The translations under genes and the position numbers were made by a program. This document shows, in pieces, positions 49,242 through 58,886 of a stretch of 64,000 nt of DNA. Source of the DNA: a virus; the IMG/VR virus record IMGVR_UViG_3300037502_001683, positions 6,252 to 70,251 of that record; one strand, written 5' to 3'. Below the pieces are notes generated by a model. It had not been told where the DNA came from. It saw nothing but the letters and a program-made list of their open reading frames with translations, and searched no databases. How positions within the stretch are numbered: the stretch's first letter is position 1; each line of letters opens with the position of its first letter.

Positions 49242-49298
49242 CTCCCTTCATCAAGGCTTGCCTTGGAGTAAAATCTAAGGCAAGCTCTATGAGGAGAG
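49242..49298 (+). promoter_or_regulatory. Post-capsid long hairpin
   Basis: GCTTGCCTTGGA-GTAAAA-TCTAAGGCAAGC with an outer stem covering the GAGGAG of the next gene. Confidence 0.65.
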
Positions 49299-49307
49299 AT
49301 AACTATT

Positions 49308-49553
49308 ATGAAACTAACTATACCTGAAGGATACACCCTGCCCGAAGACGTTTCCGATGGCGATACGTTTGAGGAGCTTGTTACATTCCGTGTTGACGGT
49401 GATGAACTGATTCCCACCATGTTGGCTGGCGTCGAGATTGCGGCTGAAGAGGCCGAAGACGAAGGCGAGGACATGGAAGAAGAGGCTACCGCCGAAATGG
49501 AAGCCGCTGCTCCTATGCGCGGAATGGGCGAGCGAATCATGGGCATGGCCTAA
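49308..49553 (+). CDS. Small acidic protein
   Basis: Clean ORF after the capsid gene. Confidence 0.75.
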   Translation: MKLTIPEGYTLPEDVSDGDTFEELVTFRVDGDELIPTMLAGVEIAAEEAEDEGEDMEEEATAEMEAAAPMRGMGERIMGMA

Positions 49554-49574
49554 CTCTGGGAGAGACCATAGACT

Positions 49575-50708
49575 ATGGCTCTTCCAACTTTAGATGCTAC
49601 GTTTGCTTCGGCGGCGGATCAGCCCCGAAGGTATATGCTTTCCCAATGGCTGGTAAATATCCAGTATTCGGGGTCGGTTGCTGACTACGTCACACTTCCA
49701 GAGTATTATTTGTGGGCCAAGATTGCGGTAGCAGCGGGGGCACCAAGAGGAGAGGCTGATTACATCCATCTTCCCAAGAACTATATTTGGAAGGATATCT
49801 ATGATGCGGTTTCGGGGTCGAGCGCGGGAACTATCGATTGGGGAGAAAAGCAGGCTATAGGCCATATTGCGGCGGCGTATAGGGGTGATACAGGAAATCC
49901 CGCAAACCTCGCCACCTATATTGATTGGCCTTGGCGCTACCAGATTGCCTCTATCGTCACCCAAACCAATATTGACACAGACGCCCAAGCGTTCATTACA
50001 AACAGCGGGGCTACAGACAAAGAAGGAATCGATCAATTTGTCAAAGGTGTAAAAAATCTTGGCTTGTGGAACTCTATGGTCTGCTGGCCCCTCCGCAGCA
50101 GTCAAAACGCAGGCACAGGAACCACGGCGTTTTCGCTGGGTGGTTTGGGGACGTTTAATGGGACGCTGGTCAATGGGCCGACTTGGGGGGTGGATGGGAT
50201 TAATTTTGACGGGACCGACGACCGCATTGATCTTCCGGCTATTGCTGCGGATACAACGGCATCGTTGTTTTATGCGGTTGCTTACAGCAACGCCAACGAA
50301 CAAAAACCACTAAGAATTAATGAAGCAGAACTCGGCGCCGCGTTTTTTGTAAACGAGGGCATTGAGGCGGCGGGTGTTTTATCTCCCTTTCCGCTGGTGG
50401 GCCGAAGCACGGTGATTTCTGGATTGGGAGCGGATGTTTGGCATACGGCAACTGGCATTTTTGATAATGCTGCAACAACTTTTTCTCGATTCTACAACGG
50501 CGGCAGCAAGCTAAGTAATACATCCGCATCGCTAACTGGTGGAGCGGCGAATTTTGCATATATCGGCGCAAGGCAGCCCGGCAACTCGCATGTCGATGGA
50601 ACTATTGCAGTTGCCGCATATCTCAACGTGCCGATGTCGGATTCACAAGTCACCGCCCTGCATAACCTCTACCGCCAAACCCTCGGCGCCGGCCTCGGAC
50701 TCAGTTAA
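49575..50708 (+). CDS. Virion decoration-like protein with a LamG/concanavalin-like C-terminal domain
   Basis: DTDAQAFI...G, VK..GLW, GTLVNGPTW...G..FDGTDD.I, YIGA, GTIA..AY.N..MS..QV.AL. Confidence 0.75.
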   Translation: MALPTLDATFASAADQPRRYMLSQWLVNIQYSGSVADYVTLPEYYLWAKIAVAAGAPRGEADYIHLPKNYIWKDIYDAVSGSSAGTIDWGEKQAIGHIAAAYRGDTGNPANLATYIDWPWRYQIASIVTQTNIDTDAQAFITNSGATDKEGIDQFVKGVKNLGLWNSMVCWPLRSSQNAGTGTTAFSLGGLGTFNGTLVNGPTWGVDGINFDGTDDRIDLPAIAADTTASLFYAVAYSNANEQKPLRINEAELGAAFFVNEGIEAAGVLSPFPLVGRSTVISGLGADVWHTATGIFDNAATTFSRFYNGGSKLSNTSASLTGGAANFAYIGARQPGNSHVDGTIAVAAYLNVPMSDSQVTALHNLYRQTLGAGLGLS

Positions 50709-51463
50709 TGAAACTAGACGCGCCAATACTTATTAGAATGTGTCCTCAATGCAGTGGGGAAATGAAGTATTCGTGCAATTATACTCGCAAACGCGCAGAT
50801 GCAAAAGCTGCATTATGTAAGTCTTGCGCGAACTCAAAACAGAATAATCCAATGTTTGGCAGGAGGGGTGCAAACAATCCTCTTTTTGGTATTCGCCCAA
50901 AATCAAACTGGATGGGCAGAAAGCATTCTTTTGAAACAAAGCAAAAACTTTCCACAATAGCGCGGGGCCGACCAGCTTCATTTAAGGGCAGGCATCACAC
51001 TGAAAAAACAAAACAGATTCTTTCGGAAATCGCAAAAAACAGACCAGCACATATTATTGAAAAATACCGAATTCAAAGGGTTAAATTCATTGAAGCTCAT
51101 GGTGGCAACAAGTCTTTCAATCCTATTGCTTGTGCTGCGTTTGACGCCCTAAACACTCGCTTTGAATGGAACGGCATCCATGCTAAAAATGGCGGTGAGA
51201 AAATACTGTCTGGATATTATTTAGATTATTTTAATGAACCTGAAAAGATTTGCATTGAATGGGATGAGGTTGGGCATTTTTCACAAAAGCGCAAGATTAG
51301 AGACGAGAAAAAACACAAAAGGCTTGTGGATGTTTTGGGTTATGAATGGTGTGTTGTTCGCTGGAGCCAAAAAGACAAGGCGTGGAGAGATGATTTCATA
51401 ACGCCCTTTAGACATAAGCGGCTGGATGAAATTGCTGAAACACTTAAAAATACAATACCATGA
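50708..51463 (+). mobile_element. Homing endonuclease: zinc finger, NUMOD3 repeats and Vsr/EDxHD-like nuclease
   Basis: CPQC...CKSC, NPMFG, GRKHSFETKQKLS, GRHHTEKTKQILS, GYYLD...CIEWDE.GH; AT-rich; overlaps both neighbours. Confidence 0.85.
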
Positions 51464-51810
51464 GCAACTTCGAGACCACCGAACGCATCATCGCCGTGCC
51501 CGCCGAAGCGGTAAGCACGATGTTTCCCGACCTCCTCGCGCAGTATGGCCAAGAACTGCCCGATGGCAACCGACAGATCCTCACTATCGGAGGCCATTGG
51601 GATGATGGCGCAAAGACCCGCATTCGTGCGGCTAGTTTACACAAAGGAACCATAACGGGCCAACCCCTGACCGATGGGCGTGTGGCCTTCACTTGTCTAT
51701 GGCAAGCCGACCTAGCTGCTGCATTTGACGCTGGGCAGATTACTGGGGTTGAAGAACTCACCCAACTACAATTGGCACAACTAACCCCGCAACCCGAAGA
51801 AGAGCCATGA
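51460..51810 (+). CDS. Hypothetical virion-associated protein
   Basis: Coupled ORF in the late operon. Confidence 0.7.
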   Translation: MSNFETTERIIAVPAEAVSTMFPDLLAQYGQELPDGNRQILTIGGHWDDGAKTRIRAASLHKGTITGQPLTDGRVAFTCLWQADLAAAFDAGQITGVEELTQLQLAQLTPQPEEEP

Positions 51811-52907
51811 GCATCGAAGAAATACCAAGACGCAGAGGTTTGGAGCGTGGAGTGAAGCTTACAATGAGCGAGTTGATTGCGGGAATTGCCCTGATGGTCA
51901 CTTTGTTTTCGGCCCTCAATGGATGGGTGGTTCTCCCAGAGCAGATGCGGTCTATCCAAGCCAATGATGCTAAACAGGATGCGCGGATTGAGATGATCAA
52001 TAAAGAAAACCAAGAGAGATCTGAGACATTGGCCCGAATTGACGAGCGCACAAAAAGAATCGAAGATTACTTGAAATCTAAAGGATTCTAGTCTAGCTTT
52101 AGACCTATGAAATCATTCTTTGCCAAAATCTGGGGGATTACCTCAAACGTCTTCAACTTCTTCCTTCCCGTCCTTCGGGAAATTGCCTCCTCTTCGGTAG
52201 CAGTTCTTCTCCCGATTGCCTTGGAGATCGTCCAATCGCTGGCCTCCACCGACAAGACGGGAGCCGAAAAGCGGGAGGCCGCAGTCAAGAAGCTTGCTAC
52301 CGCAGCCAAGAAACAGGGCGTGGCCGCATCTGAATCACTGATCCGCTTTACTATTGAGTCGGCAGTCCAACGCTACAAGCTGGAGCAATAATCAAATGAA
52401 AGATAAGTTTCTCGCATTTCTGGTATCCAAGCTGGGTGGAGTGATTACCCCGTTTATTGCCATGGCGATTGCCGCTGTGGTGAGTAAGCTTGCTATGATT
52501 GACCCTAAGTTGGCGGAATCTGTAGATCAGGTTAGCCTGACGGGATTTGTTGTTGCTCTCCTTCTTTCGATTGTTAACTACGTTACCAACGAAGTGAACG
52601 TCAATGGGGTCAAAAAGATTCAAGCCTTGGTTAATACCGATGTGGACGGTGTGGCGGGGCCGATCACCTATACCGAAGTCCGCAGGGCCATCGCGGTCAA
52701 AAAACCCACCAAACGGCCTTCTAGGCGCAAATGAAGCTATCCCATGAAACCCTCAAAGCAATACTTGTCAAAAGCCCGCCCCCAGAAGATAGCCGAAATT
52801 TCTTTATCCGTTTACTCAGTTCCCTCAAATTCGGAATCAAAATCAAGCGGAGCCATGATGGAAAGATTACCAAGTCCTACCGAATCGGAGGTCGAGCGGA
52901 TTTCTAG
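51807..52907 (+). other. Lysis-associated membrane genes: 51807-52091 (TM plus coiled coil), 52107-52391 (holin-like), 52396-52734 (two TM plus DG.AGP.T peptidoglycan-binding motif), 52731-52907
   Basis: Hydrophobic segments; directly upstream of the endolysin. Confidence 0.6.
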
Positions 52908-52966
52908 GAACTGGGATATCGGGCGGCGGGTTTGCAAATGGTGGTAACTTGTGATGGGATCGACTC

Positions 52967-53617
52967 ATGTGGCAGTCAATCCTGAAACTACTTGGGCTAG
53001 GGTCAAAAAGTGGCCCAGCGCCGTCCTTGCCGAGTTTGCCATCCGCATCCAAGCCGAAATCCATGAAAGAGCAGAGCGGCAAAAAGCCCAAAGATCAAAA
53101 CGCACTAAAAAAGCTCGCTGAAATAGCGATGTCCCAAGTCGGGGTCAAGGAGACTGGCGGGAACAACAACGGAGCCAAGATTCGGGAATATCAAGCCTCC
53201 ACAAACCTGAAGCCTGCCGCATGGCCGTGGTGTGCCGCTTTTACGGGCTGGGTGATCCAGCAGTGGCTCAAGGACGAGAGCGTTGTCAAATGGCTCAACA
53301 TCCAGACCATGACCCCCGACAAGTGGAGGCCGCGCACCGCAGCAGCATTCGGGTATATCTCATGGGCCAAGTCCCGCCCCTGTACCACCCAAATTCTTTC
53401 TTCCAAAGCCAAGCCCAAGGTTGGTGATTTTGCCGTATTTGACTTCTCCCACATAGGCGTTATCGTTGGCGTCAACAAAGACGGTTTCCAATGCGTCGAA
53501 GGCAATACCAACGGGCGCGGTGATCGGGATTCAACATCAGGTGATGGGGTTTGGCTCAAGACCAGAACAGCCTCGCTTGTAAGGAATTACATCAGAATTA
53601 ATCCATCAAAGAAGTAA
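52967..53617 (+). CDS. CHAP-domain endolysin
   Basis: A.SQVGVKE..GNN, PWCAAF, GD..VF..SHIG.I, VEGNT. Confidence 0.9.
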   Translation: MWQSILKLLGLGSKSGPAPSLPSLPSASKPKSMKEQSGKKPKDQNALKKLAEIAMSQVGVKETGGNNNGAKIREYQASTNLKPAAWPWCAAFTGWVIQQWLKDESVVKWLNIQTMTPDKWRPRTAAAFGYISWAKSRPCTTQILSSKAKPKVGDFAVFDFSHIGVIVGVNKDGFQCVEGNTNGRGDRDSTSGDGVWLKTRTASLVRNYIRINPSKK

Positions 53618-53776
53618 TGAAAGACAATTCAAAACCCCACAAGAAAAAAGCGTATAAAAAGCCCGAAATTAAAGAATGTTACTATTGCGGGTCAAAAAAT
53701 TTTGAACAAAGCTACTGCAAGCATGTCGGAGTTATTCGGACATGCAAATCATGCGGCGAACAAGCAGACTAAGTCT

Positions 53777-54260
53777 ATGGCCTCTCACGACAAGAGACTC
53801 CAAGAGGTGTTGGACAAGCTGGCCAAAGAGCTTGTGGAATACTTTGATTCGGGGTTTGTTGTGGCCACGTTCCAAGATGGCGGGGAAACCAAGAACGCTT
53901 TTCTCAAATTCGGCAACGACTACGCCATCGAAGGCATTGTCTCCAACATCCACGATATCCTCTACGGACAGGACGAGGAAGACGATGATGACGATTTGGA
54001 TGACGGGGATTTAAAAAAAGTAATCAAGGACTCTTGATATGGCAAATGGATCACTCTCGTTCGGCTTACCCGAAGAACAGGTTGAATTTGAGCAGGCAGT
54101 TAAAGCGGGTGACATGTATAGCGTTCTTGTTGAGCTTGATAGCGAGCTACGCAATCATCTCAAGCACAATTCTCATCCTGATTGGGATAACGCTACTGTT
54201 GAAGAAATTCGCAAGATTTTGAACGAATTGATGACCGATCGGTCTATTCATTTCAACTAA
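53777..54260 (+). other. Two small hypothetical genes (53777-54037, 54039-54260)
   Basis: Consecutive ORFs; the second has the F.LPEE..EF..A phage pattern. Confidence 0.7.
54219..54247 (+). promoter_or_regulatory. TGAAC-N17-GTC class promoter
   Basis: TTGAAC-17 nt-GTCTAT, upstream of the ATG at 54284. Confidence 0.7.
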
Positions 54261-54283
54261 ACCATACCAACCACACACAAACT

Positions 54284-54889
54284 ATGACCACACTCTATCT
54301 ATGTGGGCCGATGCGCGGCTTGCCACAACTCAATCATCCAGCCTTCTTTGAGGCTGAAGAAGCCTTGAAAGCAAAGGGCTACAACGTTATTAATCCCGCA
54401 AGAATGGATCAAGAGCTTGGGCTAGACCCCCACAACTCTCAAATGGACGGGAAGTTCATAGAGGATGCCGCCCGAAGAGACATCGATGCAGTCTTTGAGT
54501 GCGATGAGCTAGTCCTCCTTCCGAAGTGGGAAAAATCAAAAGGAGCAAGGGCCGAAATCGCCGTAGCCCAATGGTTGAGCAAAACCATCCGCCTCTATCC
54601 GACCATGGTCAAAATAGAAAAAGAAGATGTCTGTGATGTCGCAAAACGGTTGACATCCTATGACCGTCAGCTAGATTATGGTAGTCCAATTGAAGACTTT
54701 ACCAAGCAGGCGCGGATGTGGAGTGTTATCTTGAATACGAACGTGACCCCGCAACAGATTGCCATGTGTATGATCGCCGTGAAACTTTGCCGCCTTACCA
54801 ACTCGCCCCGCCATCGCGATTCCGCTATTGATGTGGTTGGATATGCGCGGTGTTTAGATCTCTGTAACCAAGCAACATCCTCTCTATGA
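54284..54889 (+). CDS. Fusion of DUF4406 (nucleoside deoxyribosyltransferase-like) and DUF6378 (MazG-like) domains
   Basis: YLCGPMRG...N.PAF...NPA...WEKSKGARAE, then R..DYGSP..DF...A.MWS...K..R...DS..D..GYA. Confidence 0.85.
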   Translation: MTTLYLCGPMRGLPQLNHPAFFEAEEALKAKGYNVINPARMDQELGLDPHNSQMDGKFIEDAARRDIDAVFECDELVLLPKWEKSKGARAEIAVAQWLSKTIRLYPTMVKIEKEDVCDVAKRLTSYDRQLDYGSPIEDFTKQARMWSVILNTNVTPQQIAMCMIAVKLCRLTNSPRHRDSAIDVVGYARCLDLCNQATSSL

Positions 54890-55683
54890 GCAAAAAAATA
54901 GCAGTCCTTTCGGACTTTCATTGCGGCCATCGTTTCGGGCTTACCCCGACTGGATGGTTACCCGAAAAGGACGAAAATGGCAAACGTCCCTTGTGGGCCG
55001 AAATCAACAAAGCCCACTGGGATTGGTATGCGCGGGAAATTGCGCGTAATGGCCCCTACGACATTGTTTTTGTCAACGGGGATCTGGTGGACGGTAAAGG
55101 CAAGAAAAGTGGCGCTACGGAGCTTCTAGCCCCCGATATGGAGGATCAATCGGATATGGCGACCAAGATTATCCGTATGGTGCCCAAAACCAAGAATTGC
55201 AAGATCGTTATCACTAGGGGAACCCCCTTTCATGTGAGTTCCAGTGACGGAGAAGACTGGGAGAATATCATAGCCGAACGAGTCGGGGCAACAGTCACCG
55301 ACCATGCTTGGGTAGAAGTCGAAGGAATCGTCTTCGATCTTAAGCACCATCCCGCAGGAAGCTCATCTTTGCCCCATGGGAGGCATACAGGAGTAGCTAA
55401 AGACCGTCTTTGGAACTCTATCCTTGCAGCAGAAGGAGAGCAGACCAAGGCTGACGTTTTGATTCGCAGCCATGTCCATTACCACAACTTCGCAGGAGGC
55501 CCAGACTGGATCGCGATGACCACCCCAGCATTACAGGGCGCAGGCAGCAAGTTTGGCGCAAGACGCTGTGTTGGCAAAGTAGATTTCGGCTTCCTCACTT
55601 TCACCGTAGACAAAGGTACATTCTCATGGAAACAACACATAGCAAAACTCGTAGAGCAAAAGGCTCCTCTCCTAAAATTGTAG
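54886..55683 (+). CDS. Calcineurin-like metallophosphoesterase
   Basis: SDFHCG, NGDLVDG, GTPFH, KHH, SHVH. Confidence 0.9.
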   Translation: MSKKIAVLSDFHCGHRFGLTPTGWLPEKDENGKRPLWAEINKAHWDWYAREIARNGPYDIVFVNGDLVDGKGKKSGATELLAPDMEDQSDMATKIIRMVPKTKNCKIVITRGTPFHVSSSDGEDWENIIAERVGATVTDHAWVEVEGIVFDLKHHPAGSSSLPHGRHTGVAKDRLWNSILAAEGEQTKADVLIRSHVHYHNFAGGPDWIAMTTPALQGAGSKFGARRCVGKVDFGFLTFTVDKGTFSWKQHIAKLVEQKAPLLKL

Positions 55684-55943
55684 TCCCGTCATGGGATAGT
55701 GTCTGGAACTCTTTCAACGAAGAGAACAGCAAGACTACAGTTGAGGCCATGAACGCCGAAGGATGGAAGACCGAAGCTCAGGCATCCGAAGAAAGCGGTC
55801 TATCCCGCAAGCGCATCAACGACTTGGCCAATAATGGCAGGATGGACAGGGTTAAGAAAAAAGTGTTTCTTTCGGGGCTGACCCGCGAAGTCAACTTTGT
55901 CAGGCCGAAGCCTACCACTTGCCAACAGGGCATTTTTCGGTAG
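55626..55943 (+). CDS. Small HTH-like protein
   Basis: GWKT..Q.SEE.GLS...I..L; follows the phosphoesterase. Confidence 0.6.
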   Translation: METTHSKTRRAKGSSPKIVVPSWDSVWNSFNEENSKTTVEAMNAEGWKTEAQASEESGLSRKRINDLANNGRMDRVKKKVFLSGLTREVNFVRPKPTTCQQGIFR

Positions 55944-56352
55944 CCATGCGAAGTTTGGCCCAAGTAGAGCAACCACATTTCATGCAGCGTCCAGTTCCGC
56001 CAAAAGCTTTTTGGTTCCAAAATTCGCACGCTTTACAAATGGCTTGCCTTTCTTCAAATAATTCCTTTGAAGAAATAGGAATACCGCTTTGAATCCAGTT
56101 TGAAGCGGACTGAGTGACGGTTTTTGCCATAGTCGTTAAAGAGGGAAGCGTATTGTTTTCTTTTTCTCTTTTTATTGTTTTTGTGGAAACAAGCTGATAA
56201 GAACCATTTATTGGGGGTTTTTCGCAAAGCACTGGCCCCCAAACCATTCTAGGGCACTGAGAACAGGGGCTGGAAAAATCAACATCACAACTGCACCCAG
56301 CACATGAAAGTTTTCTTGATCTAACTACGCAGTCTGGCAAAAAATCTTTCAT
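55912..56352 (-). CDS. DUF6171-like Cys-rich protein
   Basis: ER.AIC..CE...GRC.KCGC...K......CP..KW, with a shorter N-terminal copy of the motif. Confidence 0.75.
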   Translation of the reverse strand: MKDFLPDCVVRSRKLSCAGCSCDVDFSSPCSQCPRMVWGPVLCEKPPINGSYQLVSTKTIKREKENNTLPSLTTMAKTVTQSASNWIQSGIPISSKELFEERQAICKACEFWNQKAFGGTGRCMKCGCSTWAKLRMATEKCPVGKW

Positions 56353-56358
56353 AGCAAA

Positions 56359-58011
56359 TTAGATTAAATTGGGATAACCGTCCTTTTTGCTCCCAGCAGT
56401 CCATGCCCACTCAGGAGTGGCGGCACGAACATCTGGTGGGTCTGGCTGATAATTTTTTATGTAAGAATAAGTAAAAACCAATTCAACTGTAGTTCCAGAA
56501 ACATCAGGCGACAAAATTTCATGTTCTGTTTCGTCAACAATATATTCTTCGCATTCTTCCATTTTTAAGTGGGTTGGACTTGGTGTGGTTGCAATAGTTA
56601 AATCGGCACATTTCGGAGTTGCATCAAATGGATCAGTAAAAGTTTCTGTGCTTTCATATTCATACTCTGTAAATAGCTCATACCAAACAACAGGATTTCC
56701 AAAATCAAAAACTCTTCTAGCCCTAGATGGACATTCAATTATGCCGCCCCAAGGCTCTCCTGTTGGACAAGGCGGATTTGCAACATACTCTATTCCTCCA
56801 GAAAGAATTAATGTTTTGCAAGGAAGAAATGTGTATTTTTTATACACCCAAACCTTTAAATAGCAAGTGGGGGATGCGGCGTGAGCTATCTTAAATTTGA
56901 GATTTTGTTTATATTTGCCTCCTCCTATTGCGGTATTACAAATTGAAAGATTGTAAGCTGAATCTCCGTATCCTTGACCAGCAATAAGATTAGGGTAGGT
57001 ATAGGGATTCCCGTCAGGAAAAGCCTCCCAATCCCAAGGCCAAACTGGATCTGTTTCTGAGTTATAAATGCACCCGTCACCAAATGCATGGGCATCTGAT
57101 TCCCGAACGGACTTAAATTCTGGATAGGGAGGAAACTCTTGAGAAGCGGGCCATATACCGCCGCAATCGTCAGTCCCGCACCCTGTGCAACTTTCGCCAT
57201 CATCTAAGCATGCAGCGCCACCAGATCCATTTTCTCCTAGCTCTTCCCAGCCTTCTGAAACAATGTCGCCATTCTCATCTTTTATTTCCAGCCAAGTATA
57301 AAAAGTTCCACCGAATTTTACAACATCGCCAACAGCACCAGCTTCGGGCAGTTCTTCTGGTTCAGCCGAAACAATTTCTCCATCTTCGTTAATAGTATCC
57401 CCCGACCCCTCGATAGTGAAAATGGTTCCGCAAGCTAATGGATCAGAATGAGATAAAACCCTCCTTATCTGCCAAAAACTACAGTCGCCACCACCGATCA
57501 GTCCCCACTCTCTTAAAGCATCAGGGCAACAGAAATTAGTTATTGGGCCACCGCTGCTTGGGTTTGGGACTTCAACTGTGCATTCTTCGCCATCATAGTA
57601 TCCACCTGTAAGCAAATTAAAAGAATAAGGGTATCCATCGGCGTTTGTTGGGTCAGTGTCTTCCGACTGGAATTTAAGATTGTAGCAGCAGGTAATTGTT
57701 TCTGTGGCACCGTTTGAATAGTTCTGAAGCTCCACAGTTCTGCATCTATGCACCAAACAGGATCCACTTGGCTGTTGAACAGGCTCTGTGTTCTCGTTGT
57801 TTTCTGGGGTAGCTGGAGCGGTTTCGTCGTAAGGACAAGTGCCTCTAAATGGCGGGCCTTCCCAACCTACACATTCCCTTTGAGCGCAAGAAAGCGTTGA
57901 TGTAACTGTTAGCAGTAATATTCTAGAAAATCTTGCTCGGCACCCGCAAGGTTCATCTTCTCCAGAACTCCAATAGCAATCTGCAACATCTTTATAAGGC
58001 GCGTTTCCCAT
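56359..58011 (-). CDS. Cys-rich acidic protein, probably distal tail
   Basis: 550 aa with many Cys, Pro, Trp and Tyr; in the leftward tail operon. Confidence 0.65.
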   Translation of the reverse strand: MGNAPYKDVADCYWSSGEDEPCGCRARFSRILLLTVTSTLSCAQRECVGWEGPPFRGTCPYDETAPATPENNENTEPVQQPSGSCLVHRCRTVELQNYSNGATETITCCYNLKFQSEDTDPTNADGYPYSFNLLTGGYYDGEECTVEVPNPSSGGPITNFCCPDALREWGLIGGGDCSFWQIRRVLSHSDPLACGTIFTIEGSGDTINEDGEIVSAEPEELPEAGAVGDVVKFGGTFYTWLEIKDENGDIVSEGWEELGENGSGGAACLDDGESCTGCGTDDCGGIWPASQEFPPYPEFKSVRESDAHAFGDGCIYNSETDPVWPWDWEAFPDGNPYTYPNLIAGQGYGDSAYNLSICNTAIGGGKYKQNLKFKIAHAASPTCYLKVWVYKKYTFLPCKTLILSGGIEYVANPPCPTGEPWGGIIECPSRARRVFDFGNPVVWYELFTEYEYESTETFTDPFDATPKCADLTIATTPSPTHLKMEECEEYIVDETEHEILSPDVSGTTVELVFTYSYIKNYQPDPPDVRAATPEWAWTAGSKKDGYPNLI

Positions 58012-58015
58012 AAAA

Positions 58016-58885
58016 TTAAAATCTTGTTAAAGACACAGAATATGGTCCAAAATCATCAGAAACAAAATAGCGACGACAAACTTTTGCTTCCAGACTTCCG
58101 CATCCATAATTGGTAACAGTTGGTGTATTGCCATCATATTCATAATATCCAAGAACATAATAATATTCTCCAGTAGAAGGATCTTCATACGGAAAATCTG
58201 AATAACCTCCATTTATTTGAATTGAATTTATGCTGCCAGTTGCATTGTTAACTGTTACAAGGGCTGCAACATATCCACTGCCATCGCTGGCTATAACCTT
58301 TCCCTCCGTTGGATCAAATCCCGAAGGAAGCTGTCCAGCTACAGTTCCAGCCCCAATCCATACATTTCCATTTTTTACATAAAGAGCCAAGCCAATGCAT
58401 GTTTCCGCCGCTTCTTCTGGTATTTCTGGCTTTCTGGTGATTAACTGAAATGAAGGGCGGGCGGGAGAAATATCAAAAGAACTTGAAGGGGTAGATTGAA
58501 TTACGTCAACAACGGCCTGCCTGAACGCAGATTGTTGTGCTGCGTTTTGTGCGGCCTCGGCCTTGATTGTTTCTCCCGCAAGCCAACTGCTAACCCTGCC
58601 AGTTTGTTGAAATTGTCTAATCTCTCTTTCAAGCTTTCTTCCAACTGGCCCACCCTGACTTGCTATTGTTGCAAGCTGGATATTTGCTGTTCCAGAATTT
58701 AAAATATTTGTTGCCGACAATCTTTCTTGTCTGATTTCGGCACTTTTTTCGTTGGCTTGTTTGGCTCTTTCTTCTGACGAAAGCCTGCTTTCTTTTTGTG
58801 CGCGTTCACTGGCTTCTTGTCTAACCCTTTCCCTTTCCCTTGCCGCCTCATCACGCTCATTTACAACATCTGTTGCGGTTTTCAT
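58016..58885 (-). CDS. Tail-associated protein (coiled-coil N-terminus, beta C-terminus)
   Basis: MKT start 1 nt after the upstream stop. Confidence 0.7.
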   Translation of the reverse strand: MKTATDVVNERDEAARERERVRQEASERAQKESRLSSEERAKQANEKSAEIRQERLSATNILNSGTANIQLATIASQGGPVGRKLEREIRQFQQTGRVSSWLAGETIKAEAAQNAAQQSAFRQAVVDVIQSTPSSSFDISPARPSFQLITRKPEIPEEAAETCIGLALYVKNGNVWIGAGTVAGQLPSGFDPTEGKVIASDGSGYVAALVTVNNATGSINSIQINGGYSDFPYEDPSTGEYYYVLGYYEYDGNTPTVTNYGCGSLEAKVCRRYFVSDDFGPYSVSLTRF

Positions 58886-58886
58886 T

